Source: Candidatus Freyarchaeum deiterrae (GTDB taxonomy: Archaea > Asgardarchaeota > Jordiarchaeia > Jordiarchaeales > Jordiarchaeaceae). From it: DNA of 64,000 nucleotides. The DNA lies in contig CP147778.1 of the NCBI GenBank assembly GCA_037305845.1, forward strand, positions 3,488,001 through 3,552,000. The letters run 5' to 3'. Shown piece after piece: positions 9,991 through 17,897 of the stretch; the first letter of the stretch is position 1, and every line of letters begins with the position of its first letter. The position numbers and the translations under genes were made by a program. The notes beneath the pieces are model-generated. The model was not told where the DNA came from, ran no database searches, and saw only the letters and a program-made list of their open reading frames with translations.

Positions 9991-10578
9991 ATGGCGGCAC
10001 TATCAAGTTTAAACTTATTGGCCCTCCTATTATATGCTCAAGGAAAAGGTGGAAATAAGGGAGACCCCATAGTAGGTAAGAGGCGACTCGATAAACTCCT
10101 TTTCCTAGCCAAAATGACTTTGGAGGATATTGGGGTGGAAGTCGAGGGCGAGTTTATACCCTATAGACAGGGTGCCTACTTGTTGCAGCTTGAGGGCGTA
10201 ACCGAAACTGCTCAGTCTCTTGGACTCCTTAATATTGAAAAAGATGACGAGCTAATATACTGCATGCCAAGTGAAGGGATCAAGAAGGTTGAAAGAATAT
10301 TGCTACCGAAAATGGACGCGGAAGTACTCGAGAAAATAGAGGAGATTAAAAAGAGGTATAATAGTATTCCCGAAGACCTGCTTCTCGCGGTTACTTACCT
10401 GAAATACCCTGACTATACCATCCGTTCAGAGATAAAGAATCAGGTATTCTCTAGCCTGCTCAAATATCTTGAGGAGTTTGAGGAACTCCCAGAAAAACTT
10501 GGAATAACTAAAGAGGATGTAGAGAAACTATCCTTGGAAGCGAGGAAGAGAACATTCAAGAGGCTAGAGATTGCATGA
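9991..10578 (+). CDS. SocA/Panacea (DUF4065)/YwgA-like antitoxin-type protein
   Basis: GKRRLDKLLFL, FIPYRQGAY and TYLKYP motifs; ATG at 9991 after a GGAGG SD (the longer ORF from 9730 overlaps another gene). Confidence 0.7.
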   Translation: MAALSSLNLLALLLYAQGKGGNKGDPIVGKRRLDKLLFLAKMTLEDIGVEVEGEFIPYRQGAYLLQLEGVTETAQSLGLLNIEKDDELIYCMPSEGIKKVERILLPKMDAEVLEKIEEIKKRYNSIPEDLLLAVTYLKYPDYTIRSEIKNQVFSSLLKYLEEFEELPEKLGITKEDVEKLSLEARKRTFKRLEIA

Positions 10579-10649
10579 AAAATGTTATAGTAGACACAAA
10601 TGTTCCTTTTTTGGCCTACCTTTTAAAGGAAATGAAAAGAAAATTCTAA
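10575..10649 (+). pseudogene. Truncated PIN-domain toxin remnant
   Basis: ATGA overlap with the upstream gene; MKNVIVDTNV is a PIN N-terminus, but the frame stops after 24 aa. Confidence 0.6.
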
Positions 10650-10778
10650 TTCAAATTTTGCAAATTATGCTTATCAGAAGAGGCTAACGCCCCCTATTTC
10701 CTCTTATTTTTTATGACTGCTTTTCAATGTGGGTTTCTTATATTGGTGATTAATGATAGTTTGTCTGAAAACAGGTGA

Positions 10779-11195
10779 TTATTCATTTTTAACTGGGTCT
10801 AATATTTCGATGAAATCTATTTGCTTAAATGCTTGGTCGTGCGTCATGATTTTCTTTATATTATTTTCAGCCATTGATGCGAGAATCGTTGCATCTCTTC
10901 CACCTATGCCAACATGAGAATACTTTGCAAGTTCTTCAATCGATTTTTTTGCAAGTTTGTAGTCAAAATTCACAATTTCCATGGGGTATGAATTAAATAT
11001 ATCCATTTTCCTCTTTCCCTCTAAGGGGCCCAGATTCTTTATTAGATAGTGGGCTACCTCAATTAGAATCACGGTGTTTATAACAACTCTCTCTTTAAGT
11101 GCTCTCTCAACCTCTCTCGATACGGCTTCGTGTTCTTTTGCCGATCTATCGAAGTAGTAGCACCAGATGTTTGAGTCTACAAAGATTGTTTCCAT
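10779..11195 (-). CDS. vapC: VapC-like PIN domain toxin
   Basis: IFVDSNIW, ILIEVAH, GGRDATILA and MTHDQAF motifs. Confidence 0.9.
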   Translation of the reverse strand: METIFVDSNIWCYYFDRSAKEHEAVSREVERALKERVVINTVILIEVAHYLIKNLGPLEGKRKMDIFNSYPMEIVNFDYKLAKKSIEELAKYSHVGIGGRDATILASMAENNIKKIMTHDQAFKQIDFIEILDPVKNE

Positions 11196-11419
11196 ATCTT
11201 TTTGGCATCCAGGGGTTGTATGATAGATTTGTTGACGCAGCCCTTAAGCTCATTTGAAAACTTTTCAAGGTCAATGAGGGGCTTAATAACCACCTTTCCA
11301 TTTTCAAATTCTACTTCAACTTCTTCTCCAGGCCTGAAACCTGCCATGTCTCTTATCTCTTTGGGGATTTGTATCTTTCCTCTCTCCTCAATTTTGGCTC
11401 TACCCACTCGTATCACCAT
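11177..11419 (-). CDS. vapB: AbrB/MazE-type antitoxin
   Basis: RGKIQIPKEIRDMAGFRPGEEV; overlaps the PIN gene. Confidence 0.9.
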   Translation of the reverse strand: MVIRVGRAKIEERGKIQIPKEIRDMAGFRPGEEVEVEFENGKVVIKPLIDLEKFSNELKGCVNKSIIQPLDAKKIWKQSL

Positions 11420-11573
11420 GGGACTTTAATTCCAAAAACTATTTAAAATTTACTACTTGTAAAATTCGCGGCTTTAACGCAGTAAACTTAAATGGGGTAT
11501 CCCTTAATAGAAATAAGGAGTCCATGGGAGTTGATGACCTACGAAGAATGATAAGAAGTTTGATGCTGTCGAA

Positions 11574-11681
11574 ATGATGCGGGAGATTAGGGATAAGTTG
11601 AGCAAAGAGTTCATGAATATGAGCTATGAGGAGCAGAAAAAATACATAAGAGAAAGAATTAAGCAATCCACGGTTTCATGA
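11574..11681 (+). CDS. Small helical protein or remnant (KKFDAVEMMREIRDKLS type)
   Basis: Short ORF resembling small proteins that I recall beside PIN genes; the in-frame upstream part lacks a start. Confidence 0.35.
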   Translation: MMREIRDKLSKEFMNMSYEEQKKYIRERIKQSTVS

Positions 11682-11823
11682 AACGCTTCCAAAACATGAG
11701 TCCGGCCGAGCAAGCGGAAAAAAGCACACACACCTCCCATTTTCAGAGAAGATCTTTTTATCTGTACTATTATGTGATAATAAAAAATAAAAAATGAGGT
11801 TTGTTCAGAATCTTTCCGAAAGA

Positions 11824-12636
11824 TTACAGGTTTCTGGAGGAGTAGAAAACCCAAGCCCAGAGAATGAATGCCACGAGCATCGGCCAAAAGCCAATAATGG
11901 CTCCAAAATAAATACCGGTACTAATAATATTTGCAGCGGTGCTGTTTAGACTGATGCCAAAGCTAGTTACGGAGAAGGAGCCGATCGAGCTACCTAAAAA
12001 GAAAAATACCGCCGCTGTAATACTCAAAATTCCCGCAGCAAGGAAAGCCGAGGGCTTCTCGACCATTTCTCTCACAGATATACTAACAGAACCAAACAAT
12101 ATGAATGCGTAACCCAGTAAAAGAAAACCTATCACCATAAGGGGAAAATTGGGTATAGGCACTGGGAGAAAAGGAATAACGTAGGCAAACCCGCCACTAT
12201 TCACTTCTAACAGTGTTTGCTCATATTCTGTTGTCAGATTTACCACAAGAATAAGTATTGCCCCCGCTGAGATTCCTATGATACCTGAGATAATGCCTAC
12301 CGTGTTCACAGCCCCTCCACCAATCTTGTACACACCGTAGAAACCAAAACCAATCAGTACACTGGTCACGATGAAAAATACAGTCAATATAAGAGAGTAT
12401 ACACCGAATAAGGACCAGGACGGAAAATAAGGTATCGGATACGGAGATGAAACTGTAACACCGCCAAACTTCAGAGTTCCAAATACGCCAGAAATGTATA
12501 AACCCAAAAAAACCACATAATTACTTATTTCGGTTGAAAATGTAGAAAATATAGAAACCCATATTACCCCTATAACAGCAGTTATGGCTCCTATTATTCC
12601 TCCATCTGCACCAGCTAGTAACGCTCCTCTAGACAT
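11824..12636 (-). CDS. Multi-pass membrane protein
   Basis: About six hydrophobic Gly-rich helices; AGGTGA SD. Confidence 0.8.
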   Translation of the reverse strand: MSRGALLAGADGGIIGAITAVIGVIWVSIFSTFSTEISNYVVFLGLYISGVFGTLKFGGVTVSSPYPIPYFPSWSLFGVYSLILTVFFIVTSVLIGFGFYGVYKIGGGAVNTVGIISGIIGISAGAILILVVNLTTEYEQTLLEVNSGGFAYVIPFLPVPIPNFPLMVIGFLLLGYAFILFGSVSISVREMVEKPSAFLAAGILSITAAVFFFLGSSIGSFSVTSFGISLNSTAANIISTGIYFGAIIGFWPMLVAFILWAWVFYSSRNL

Positions 12637-12819
12637 TCTCTAATCACCTTTATCCCAAGTATTTATACTTATTCTTGCCCCTATCACGAATCTCTAACAT
12701 ATTAACTTATTTTTTGAAGCATTCAATTTTAATATGGATGCGGGTGGGATACTGTTAAAACCCGTTTTCCGTAGATTATTGTAAATACTACTGTGTCTTT
12801 GAAGTTTGGGCTGATGTTT

Positions 12820-14292
12820 ATGAGGGTTAGAATTCCTCGGTGTATGAGTTCGCAGCATCCGGATAATGTTAGGACTCCCTTTTTCGCCAGTCAGAACATC
12901 ATCGGTGGAGAGGACGAGATTAAGGAGGCTTACTATGTTTTCTCGCATCTGGGCTGTGATGAGCAGATGTGGGATATGGAGGGGAAGGAGGTTGATAACT
13001 TCGTCGTGGTGAAGCTTTTCTCGAACTATGATTACTTTTTTAAGGAGAATAAGCTGGGTGAAGATGTTTTTCTAACTCTCCGTGTGCCCAACCCCTCTAT
13101 TGAAAAGGCGGAGGGGAAGATACTGGTGGAAGCACTGGGAAGTATACCGCGTTCCTTTGATGCCTCCAAAATTTTCTATGGCGCAGACCTTACGCCGATA
13201 TTCGAGGTTATCCTGCCCATGACTCAGTCCGCTGAACAGTTGAACCGGGTCTACTTCTACTACAAGGAATTCGTGGTGGGCAAACAGAACCAATCACTCT
13301 TCAAGGGAGACATCCCGATTAAAAATTGGATAGGGGAATTTCAGCCCGAGGAGATAAACGTAATCCCATTAATTGAGGATATGCCGAGCATGCTTAAGGC
13401 GGATCAAATAGTCGGAGAATACTTGAAGGATAAGAAAGTTGACTATCAGAGGGTTTTCCTCGCGAGAAGTGACCCCGCACTAAACTACAGTCTGGTCTCA
13501 GCGGTGCTAATGAACAAAATCGCGCTCCACAAACTGGAACTACTGGAAGAAGAGTTATCCGTGGATATTTACCCCATTCTGGGAGTGGGATCCCCGCCCT
13601 TCAGGGGAGGAATGACCCCCATCTCAGAGGATAAGGTTCTGGAGGAGTACCCCAGCGTGCAAACCTTCACCCTACAGTCGGCTTTCAAATACGATTACCC
13701 CGAACAACAGGTCATGGAATCAGTTAAGAGAATAAAGGACAGGGGAAGAGGAAAAACCCAAGACGTGGATAATGAGCTGTGCCGAAAAATACTGGAGACA
13801 GTGTCCCAAGAGTACGAAAGAGAAGTAATAGATATAGCTCCCCTAATAAACCAGATAGCCCGACACATCCCCCAGAGAAGAAAAAGAAAATTACACATCG
13901 GACTCTTCGGATACTCCAGAGGCGTGGGAACAGCAGTTTTACCGAGGGCCATAACATTCTGCGCCGCACTATACTCCGTAGGCATCCCACCAGAAATCTT
14001 CGGCCTCTCCGCACTAAACGAAAAGTACAGAGAGACAGTTGCAGACATTTACAAAAGCTTCGATGAACACATCTCCCAATCTCTCCAGTATCTGAACCAA
14101 GACAACCTCAAACTACTCTACCCAAACCTGGCAGAAAAAATCCGAGAAATAGCTAAGGAATTCGAATTCGAAACCAACCAAGAACACCAAAACCTAACAA
14201 CACAGATAGTAAAACTATTCAAACAGAACGAACCAACAAAAATTGAAGAAAAAATATTGGAAGCCGGAGCCATAAGAGGATTCCTGGGATAA
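12820..14292 (+). CDS. ppcA: Archaeal-type phosphoenolpyruvate carboxylase
   Basis: IPRCMSSQHPDN, EQMWDMEGK, LTLRVPNP, FEVILPM, RVFLARSDPALNY, GSPPFRG, LPRAITF and C-terminal RGFLG. Confidence 0.96.
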   Translation: MRVRIPRCMSSQHPDNVRTPFFASQNIIGGEDEIKEAYYVFSHLGCDEQMWDMEGKEVDNFVVVKLFSNYDYFFKENKLGEDVFLTLRVPNPSIEKAEGKILVEALGSIPRSFDASKIFYGADLTPIFEVILPMTQSAEQLNRVYFYYKEFVVGKQNQSLFKGDIPIKNWIGEFQPEEINVIPLIEDMPSMLKADQIVGEYLKDKKVDYQRVFLARSDPALNYSLVSAVLMNKIALHKLELLEEELSVDIYPILGVGSPPFRGGMTPISEDKVLEEYPSVQTFTLQSAFKYDYPEQQVMESVKRIKDRGRGKTQDVDNELCRKILETVSQEYEREVIDIAPLINQIARHIPQRRKRKLHIGLFGYSRGVGTAVLPRAITFCAALYSVGIPPEIFGLSALNEKYRETVADIYKSFDEHISQSLQYLNQDNLKLLYPNLAEKIREIAKEFEFETNQEHQNLTTQIVKLFKQNEPTKIEEKILEAGAIRGFLG

Positions 14293-14476
14293 AAAACCAC
14301 CGATACCACACCGAACCACCGATAGTATCCTCCTAAAAAAGCAATTGGAGTAGAAAAAATAATTGAAAAGTGTGGAGCCCCCTTCTGTTTTTTAATCTGG
14401 GCTTAGCGCGTTACTTCTACAGAGGTTACTCTGTGTTCCACCAAGGCTTGTTCCATTTTTCAGAAGACTGAGGTAT

Positions 14477-14820
14477 AACACCAGCAATCCTCCTCCAACA
14501 CAAAATTTATTAGAACAGTAGAAAATATAATGAAAATATAACACTATTGTATATTTATCTCTTAAAAAGGTCGTTGAACGACAAACAACCGTTACCGAAA
14601 CCAATGGAACGGAACGAACGAGGAGAGAGAGGAGGAATAAAAACTGAAACAGACACTCCCACTCTTTCTCAGGTTCACAGACGATAAGCAGAAAAAGGGA
14701 AGAGGGAAACGAGGACTCCAAAACATACTAACTAACTAATAGTATTAGTATTGGAGCCTTGCCCTACACAGAAACTTAATTGTTTCTCCTATTAAAAAAA
14801 ACTAATCAAATGAAAATTGA
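14477..14820 (+). repeat. Conserved upstream element, copy 1 (promoter region plus structured leader)
   Basis: Aligns by eye with 17536-17897, 21990-22329 and 46400-46769. Confidence 0.9.
14568..14820 (+). ncRNA. Candidate structured 5' leader RNA, copy 1
   Basis: Stems CCGTT/AACGG, GAGAGAGAG/CTCTTTCTC, GAGGaCTCCA/TGGAGCCTT and AGAAAC/GTTTCT, retained in the other copies. Confidence 0.6.
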
Positions 14821-17427
14821 GTGAAAACTATGAAAAGCATCAGGCGAAATAAGAAAGCACTAAAGATAACAGCAGTCTTAGCAGCAGTTCTACTCACGGC
14901 AACAATCGTCACAGCGGTTACAGCAATCCAGAACCGGAACACTGTCCCGCTCATCAACTTATACCTGCAGGGCGTCTCGCCAAGTCCTAGCAACGCCATA
15001 ATTCAACCAAAGACTATTCCCATGAGTGGTTACAACATATTGAACGGAAGCGTCTACTATGATAGTATAACTGTGACTGCGAACAACACAGTGATAGACG
15101 GAAACGGATCCACCGTGCAGGGCTCCGGAACTGGGTACGGCTTCTACTTAAATGGAGTAAGCAACGTAACCATCTATAACGTCGCAGTTACAGGGTGGGA
15201 CTACGGCTTCTACCTATCCTCCAGCTCAAACAACAATCTTTCTGGTAACACCGCAAACAACAACGCCAACTACTACGGCTTCTACCTGTACAGTAGCTCG
15301 AACAACAATACTCTCTCGAGTAACACAGCAAACAGCAACTGGGTCGGCTTCGTCCTAGACTCCAGCTCCAACAATACTCTCTTGGGTAACACAGCACACT
15401 TCAATACTGCGGCCGGCTTCGCCCTAGGCCCCAGCTCGAACAACAATACTCTCTCGGGTAACACAGCCACAGATAGCTTAGACGTATATAGCGAAGGCTT
15501 CGGCCTAGGTTCCAGCTCGTACAATAATCTTTCGGGTAATACAGCAGAACACAACACGCGCGGCTTCTACCTGTACGGCGGCTCAAACAACAATCTTTCG
15601 GGTAACACGGCAAACGAGAACATTGGCTACCGTGATGACAGCGGCCATAATACGCCCGGCGTCGGCTTCTTTCTAACTAGTACCTTGAGCAATATTCTTT
15701 CAGGTAACACCGCTTACGACAGCCAATGGGCCGGCTTCTGGCTAACCTCTGGCTCGAACTACAATAATCTTTCGGGTAACAACGCAAATAACTGGCCCTT
15801 TACCCCCGCCGTCTACGGTTTCGAGGTAACCTCCGGCGAAACCTACCTAGTGCCCAGCTCTTACAATACTCTTTCGGGTAACACCGCAAACAACAACCAA
15901 ATGGGCTTCTACCTATACGACGGCTCGGGCAACAATAATCCGGGCAATAATCTTTCGGGTAACAACGCCACAAACAACAACAACAATGGCTTCCTCCTAG
16001 AAGGCAGCTCGAATAATAATCTTACAAATAACACCGCAAACAACAACGGCGGTAACGGCTTCGTGCTATACTCCACCGTTGACCCGGCTCACCATTGGTG
16101 GCTCAGATCCAACAACAATATTCTTTCGGGCAACACCGCAAACAACAACAACGAAGGCTTCTACGTGTACCAAAGCTTGAACAACACTCTTTTGGGTAAC
16201 AAGGCAAACAACAACAGGCATACAGGCTTCCACCTGTACGGCGGCTCAAACAACAACAATCTTTCGGGTAACAACGCTACGAACAACAACAATTACGGCT
16301 TCTATTTGGAAACTAATTCGTTTGGTAACAACCTTCCGGGTAACATCGCTTTAAACTGTACGACTGGAGGATACAACTGGAGTGGTGACTGTATCAATAA
16401 TAATTTTACGGGTAGCGTGGAGGCGTACTATCTGCGTGTGAACGTCACCGATGTTCTGGGCTCTCCTATTTCCGGCGTGGACGTTAACGTGGTGACCGAT
16501 GGAACAAGTGTGTATCGCTCGTCACACTTTGGTGGTACTGACCCCCCAACCGGCTCTAATGGTGTCACCTCCTGGATCGCGGTCGCCTACAGGACATTCA
16601 TAACAAGCGATACCATGACTGAGAACACCACCAATGCTACCGTGTACTATCAGGGTCGTCCCATCTCAGGAAGCAACCCTAGGACAGTCAACATGTCCAC
16701 ATCACAAGTGGAAACCTTCATCGTGGACACCACCCCACTCACAGTGAACATCACCTCACCCACCAATGGTACGCTGTTTAACACCGGCAGTGTTACAGCC
16801 ACTTGGACTGTTAGCGTCCCCTCGATAGTAGATCACTACGAGGTCAGAATTGAAGGAGGCAACTGGAACAACATGGGAACTAGCACCAGCAACACTTTCA
16901 GCGGTTTGTTCGACGGTTCTCACACGGTTGATGTTATGGTCTTCGACCTTGCGGGTAACAACGCTAACGCCTCAGTGTTCTTCACCGTGGACACCACCCC
17001 ACCTACGGTGAGCATTACCTCGCCCACCAATGATACGCTGTTTAACACTAGCGGTGTTACGGTCACTTGGACTGGTAGCGACGCCCTCTCGGGCATAGCT
17101 TATTTTGAGGTTAGTACTGATGGGGTTAACTGGAGCAATGTAACTACGAGTTTCAGCTATAATTTCACCGGTCTCTCAGACGGCTCTCACACCGTTGATG
17201 TTAGGGCTTGGGACCTTGCGGGTAACAACGCTAACGCTTCTGTATCCTTCACCGTGGCTTCCGTGCAACCAGGACAATCTCAGGCTATGCTTCTGGCTCT
17301 CTTGTCGTTGGCTGGAACGCTGGGAGGAGGCACCAGTCCTCTGGTTTACGCTGCCATCATTGGTGTCGTGGGCGTGGGTGTAGTGGCTGCTGGTTTGATC
17401 TACTACTTCCGAAAAGTGAACGCTTAA
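14821..17427 (+). CDS. Cell-surface parallel beta-helix (NosD/CASH-like) protein with 2 Ig-like repeats and a C-terminal TM anchor
   Basis: Signal peptide; GFYLxxSSNNxLSGNTAxxN coils; DTTP..ITSP Ig-like units; TM helix plus basic tail. Confidence 0.92.
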   Translation: MKTMKSIRRNKKALKITAVLAAVLLTATIVTAVTAIQNRNTVPLINLYLQGVSPSPSNAIIQPKTIPMSGYNILNGSVYYDSITVTANNTVIDGNGSTVQGSGTGYGFYLNGVSNVTIYNVAVTGWDYGFYLSSSSNNNLSGNTANNNANYYGFYLYSSSNNNTLSSNTANSNWVGFVLDSSSNNTLLGNTAHFNTAAGFALGPSSNNNTLSGNTATDSLDVYSEGFGLGSSSYNNLSGNTAEHNTRGFYLYGGSNNNLSGNTANENIGYRDDSGHNTPGVGFFLTSTLSNILSGNTAYDSQWAGFWLTSGSNYNNLSGNNANNWPFTPAVYGFEVTSGETYLVPSSYNTLSGNTANNNQMGFYLYDGSGNNNPGNNLSGNNATNNNNNGFLLEGSSNNNLTNNTANNNGGNGFVLYSTVDPAHHWWLRSNNNILSGNTANNNNEGFYVYQSLNNTLLGNKANNNRHTGFHLYGGSNNNNLSGNNATNNNNYGFYLETNSFGNNLPGNIALNCTTGGYNWSGDCINNNFTGSVEAYYLRVNVTDVLGSPISGVDVNVVTDGTSVYRSSHFGGTDPPTGSNGVTSWIAVAYRTFITSDTMTENTTNATVYYQGRPISGSNPRTVNMSTSQVETFIVDTTPLTVNITSPTNGTLFNTGSVTATWTVSVPSIVDHYEVRIEGGNWNNMGTSTSNTFSGLFDGSHTVDVMVFDLAGNNANASVFFTVDTTPPTVSITSPTNDTLFNTSGVTVTWTGSDALSGIAYFEVSTDGVNWSNVTTSFSYNFTGLSDGSHTVDVRAWDLAGNNANASVSFTVASVQPGQSQAMLLALLSLAGTLGGGTSPLVYAAIIGVVGVGVVAAGLIYYFRKVNA

Positions 17428-17430
17428 AAT

Positions 17431-17490
17431 GGGGGCTGGAGGGCTTTCGGCCGATTGTTCGGGGGTCTTGCCTCGGCTCCTCCTTTTTTT
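17431..17490 (+). terminator. Conserved 3' hairpin plus U-tract, copy 1
   Basis: GGGGCTG...CGGCTCC stem, CCGATTGT loop, T7 run just after the stop codon. Confidence 0.7.
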
Positions 17491-17535
17491 GTTTTAAGTA
17501 TTATTTCTTCCCTCATATACTAGGTTGGAACGGTG

Positions 17536-17897
17536 AAAACACCGGCAATCCTCCTCAAACACAAATTTTATTAGAACAGTCAAAAATATATAAAAAACAT
17601 AATAAAAATATAACACAATTTTATATTTATATCTTAAAAAGGGTCGTTGAACGACAAACAACCGTTGTTGAAACCAACGGAACGGACGAGGAGAGAGAGA
17701 GAGCAGGAATAAAAAACCGAAACAGACACTCCCCACTCTTTCTCAGGTTCACAGACGAGAAGCAGAAGAAAAAGGGAAGAGGGAAACAAGGTCTCCAAAA
17801 CATACTAACTAACTAACTAATAGTAGTAGTAGTGGAGCCTTGCCCTACGTAGAAACTTAACTGTTTCTACATAAAAAACTAATCAAATGAAAATTGA
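17536..17897 (+). repeat. Conserved upstream element, copy 2
   Basis: Same blocks as copy 1 in the same order; leader portion about 17640-17897. Confidence 0.9.

Noticed and set aside
14590-14780. Degenerate CRISPR array (recurring GAAAC)
   Set aside because: Spacing is irregular (about 49-65 nt), the flanks are not repeats of each other, and there are no cas genes.
14568-14820. Leader as a c-di-AMP (ydaO) riboswitch or T-box
   Set aside because: CGTTGAA...GGAACGG and AGAGA...CTGAAA give superficial resemblance, but I see neither the ydaO 3' CAGCUAAC-type core nor the T-box GGUGGNACC antiterminator.
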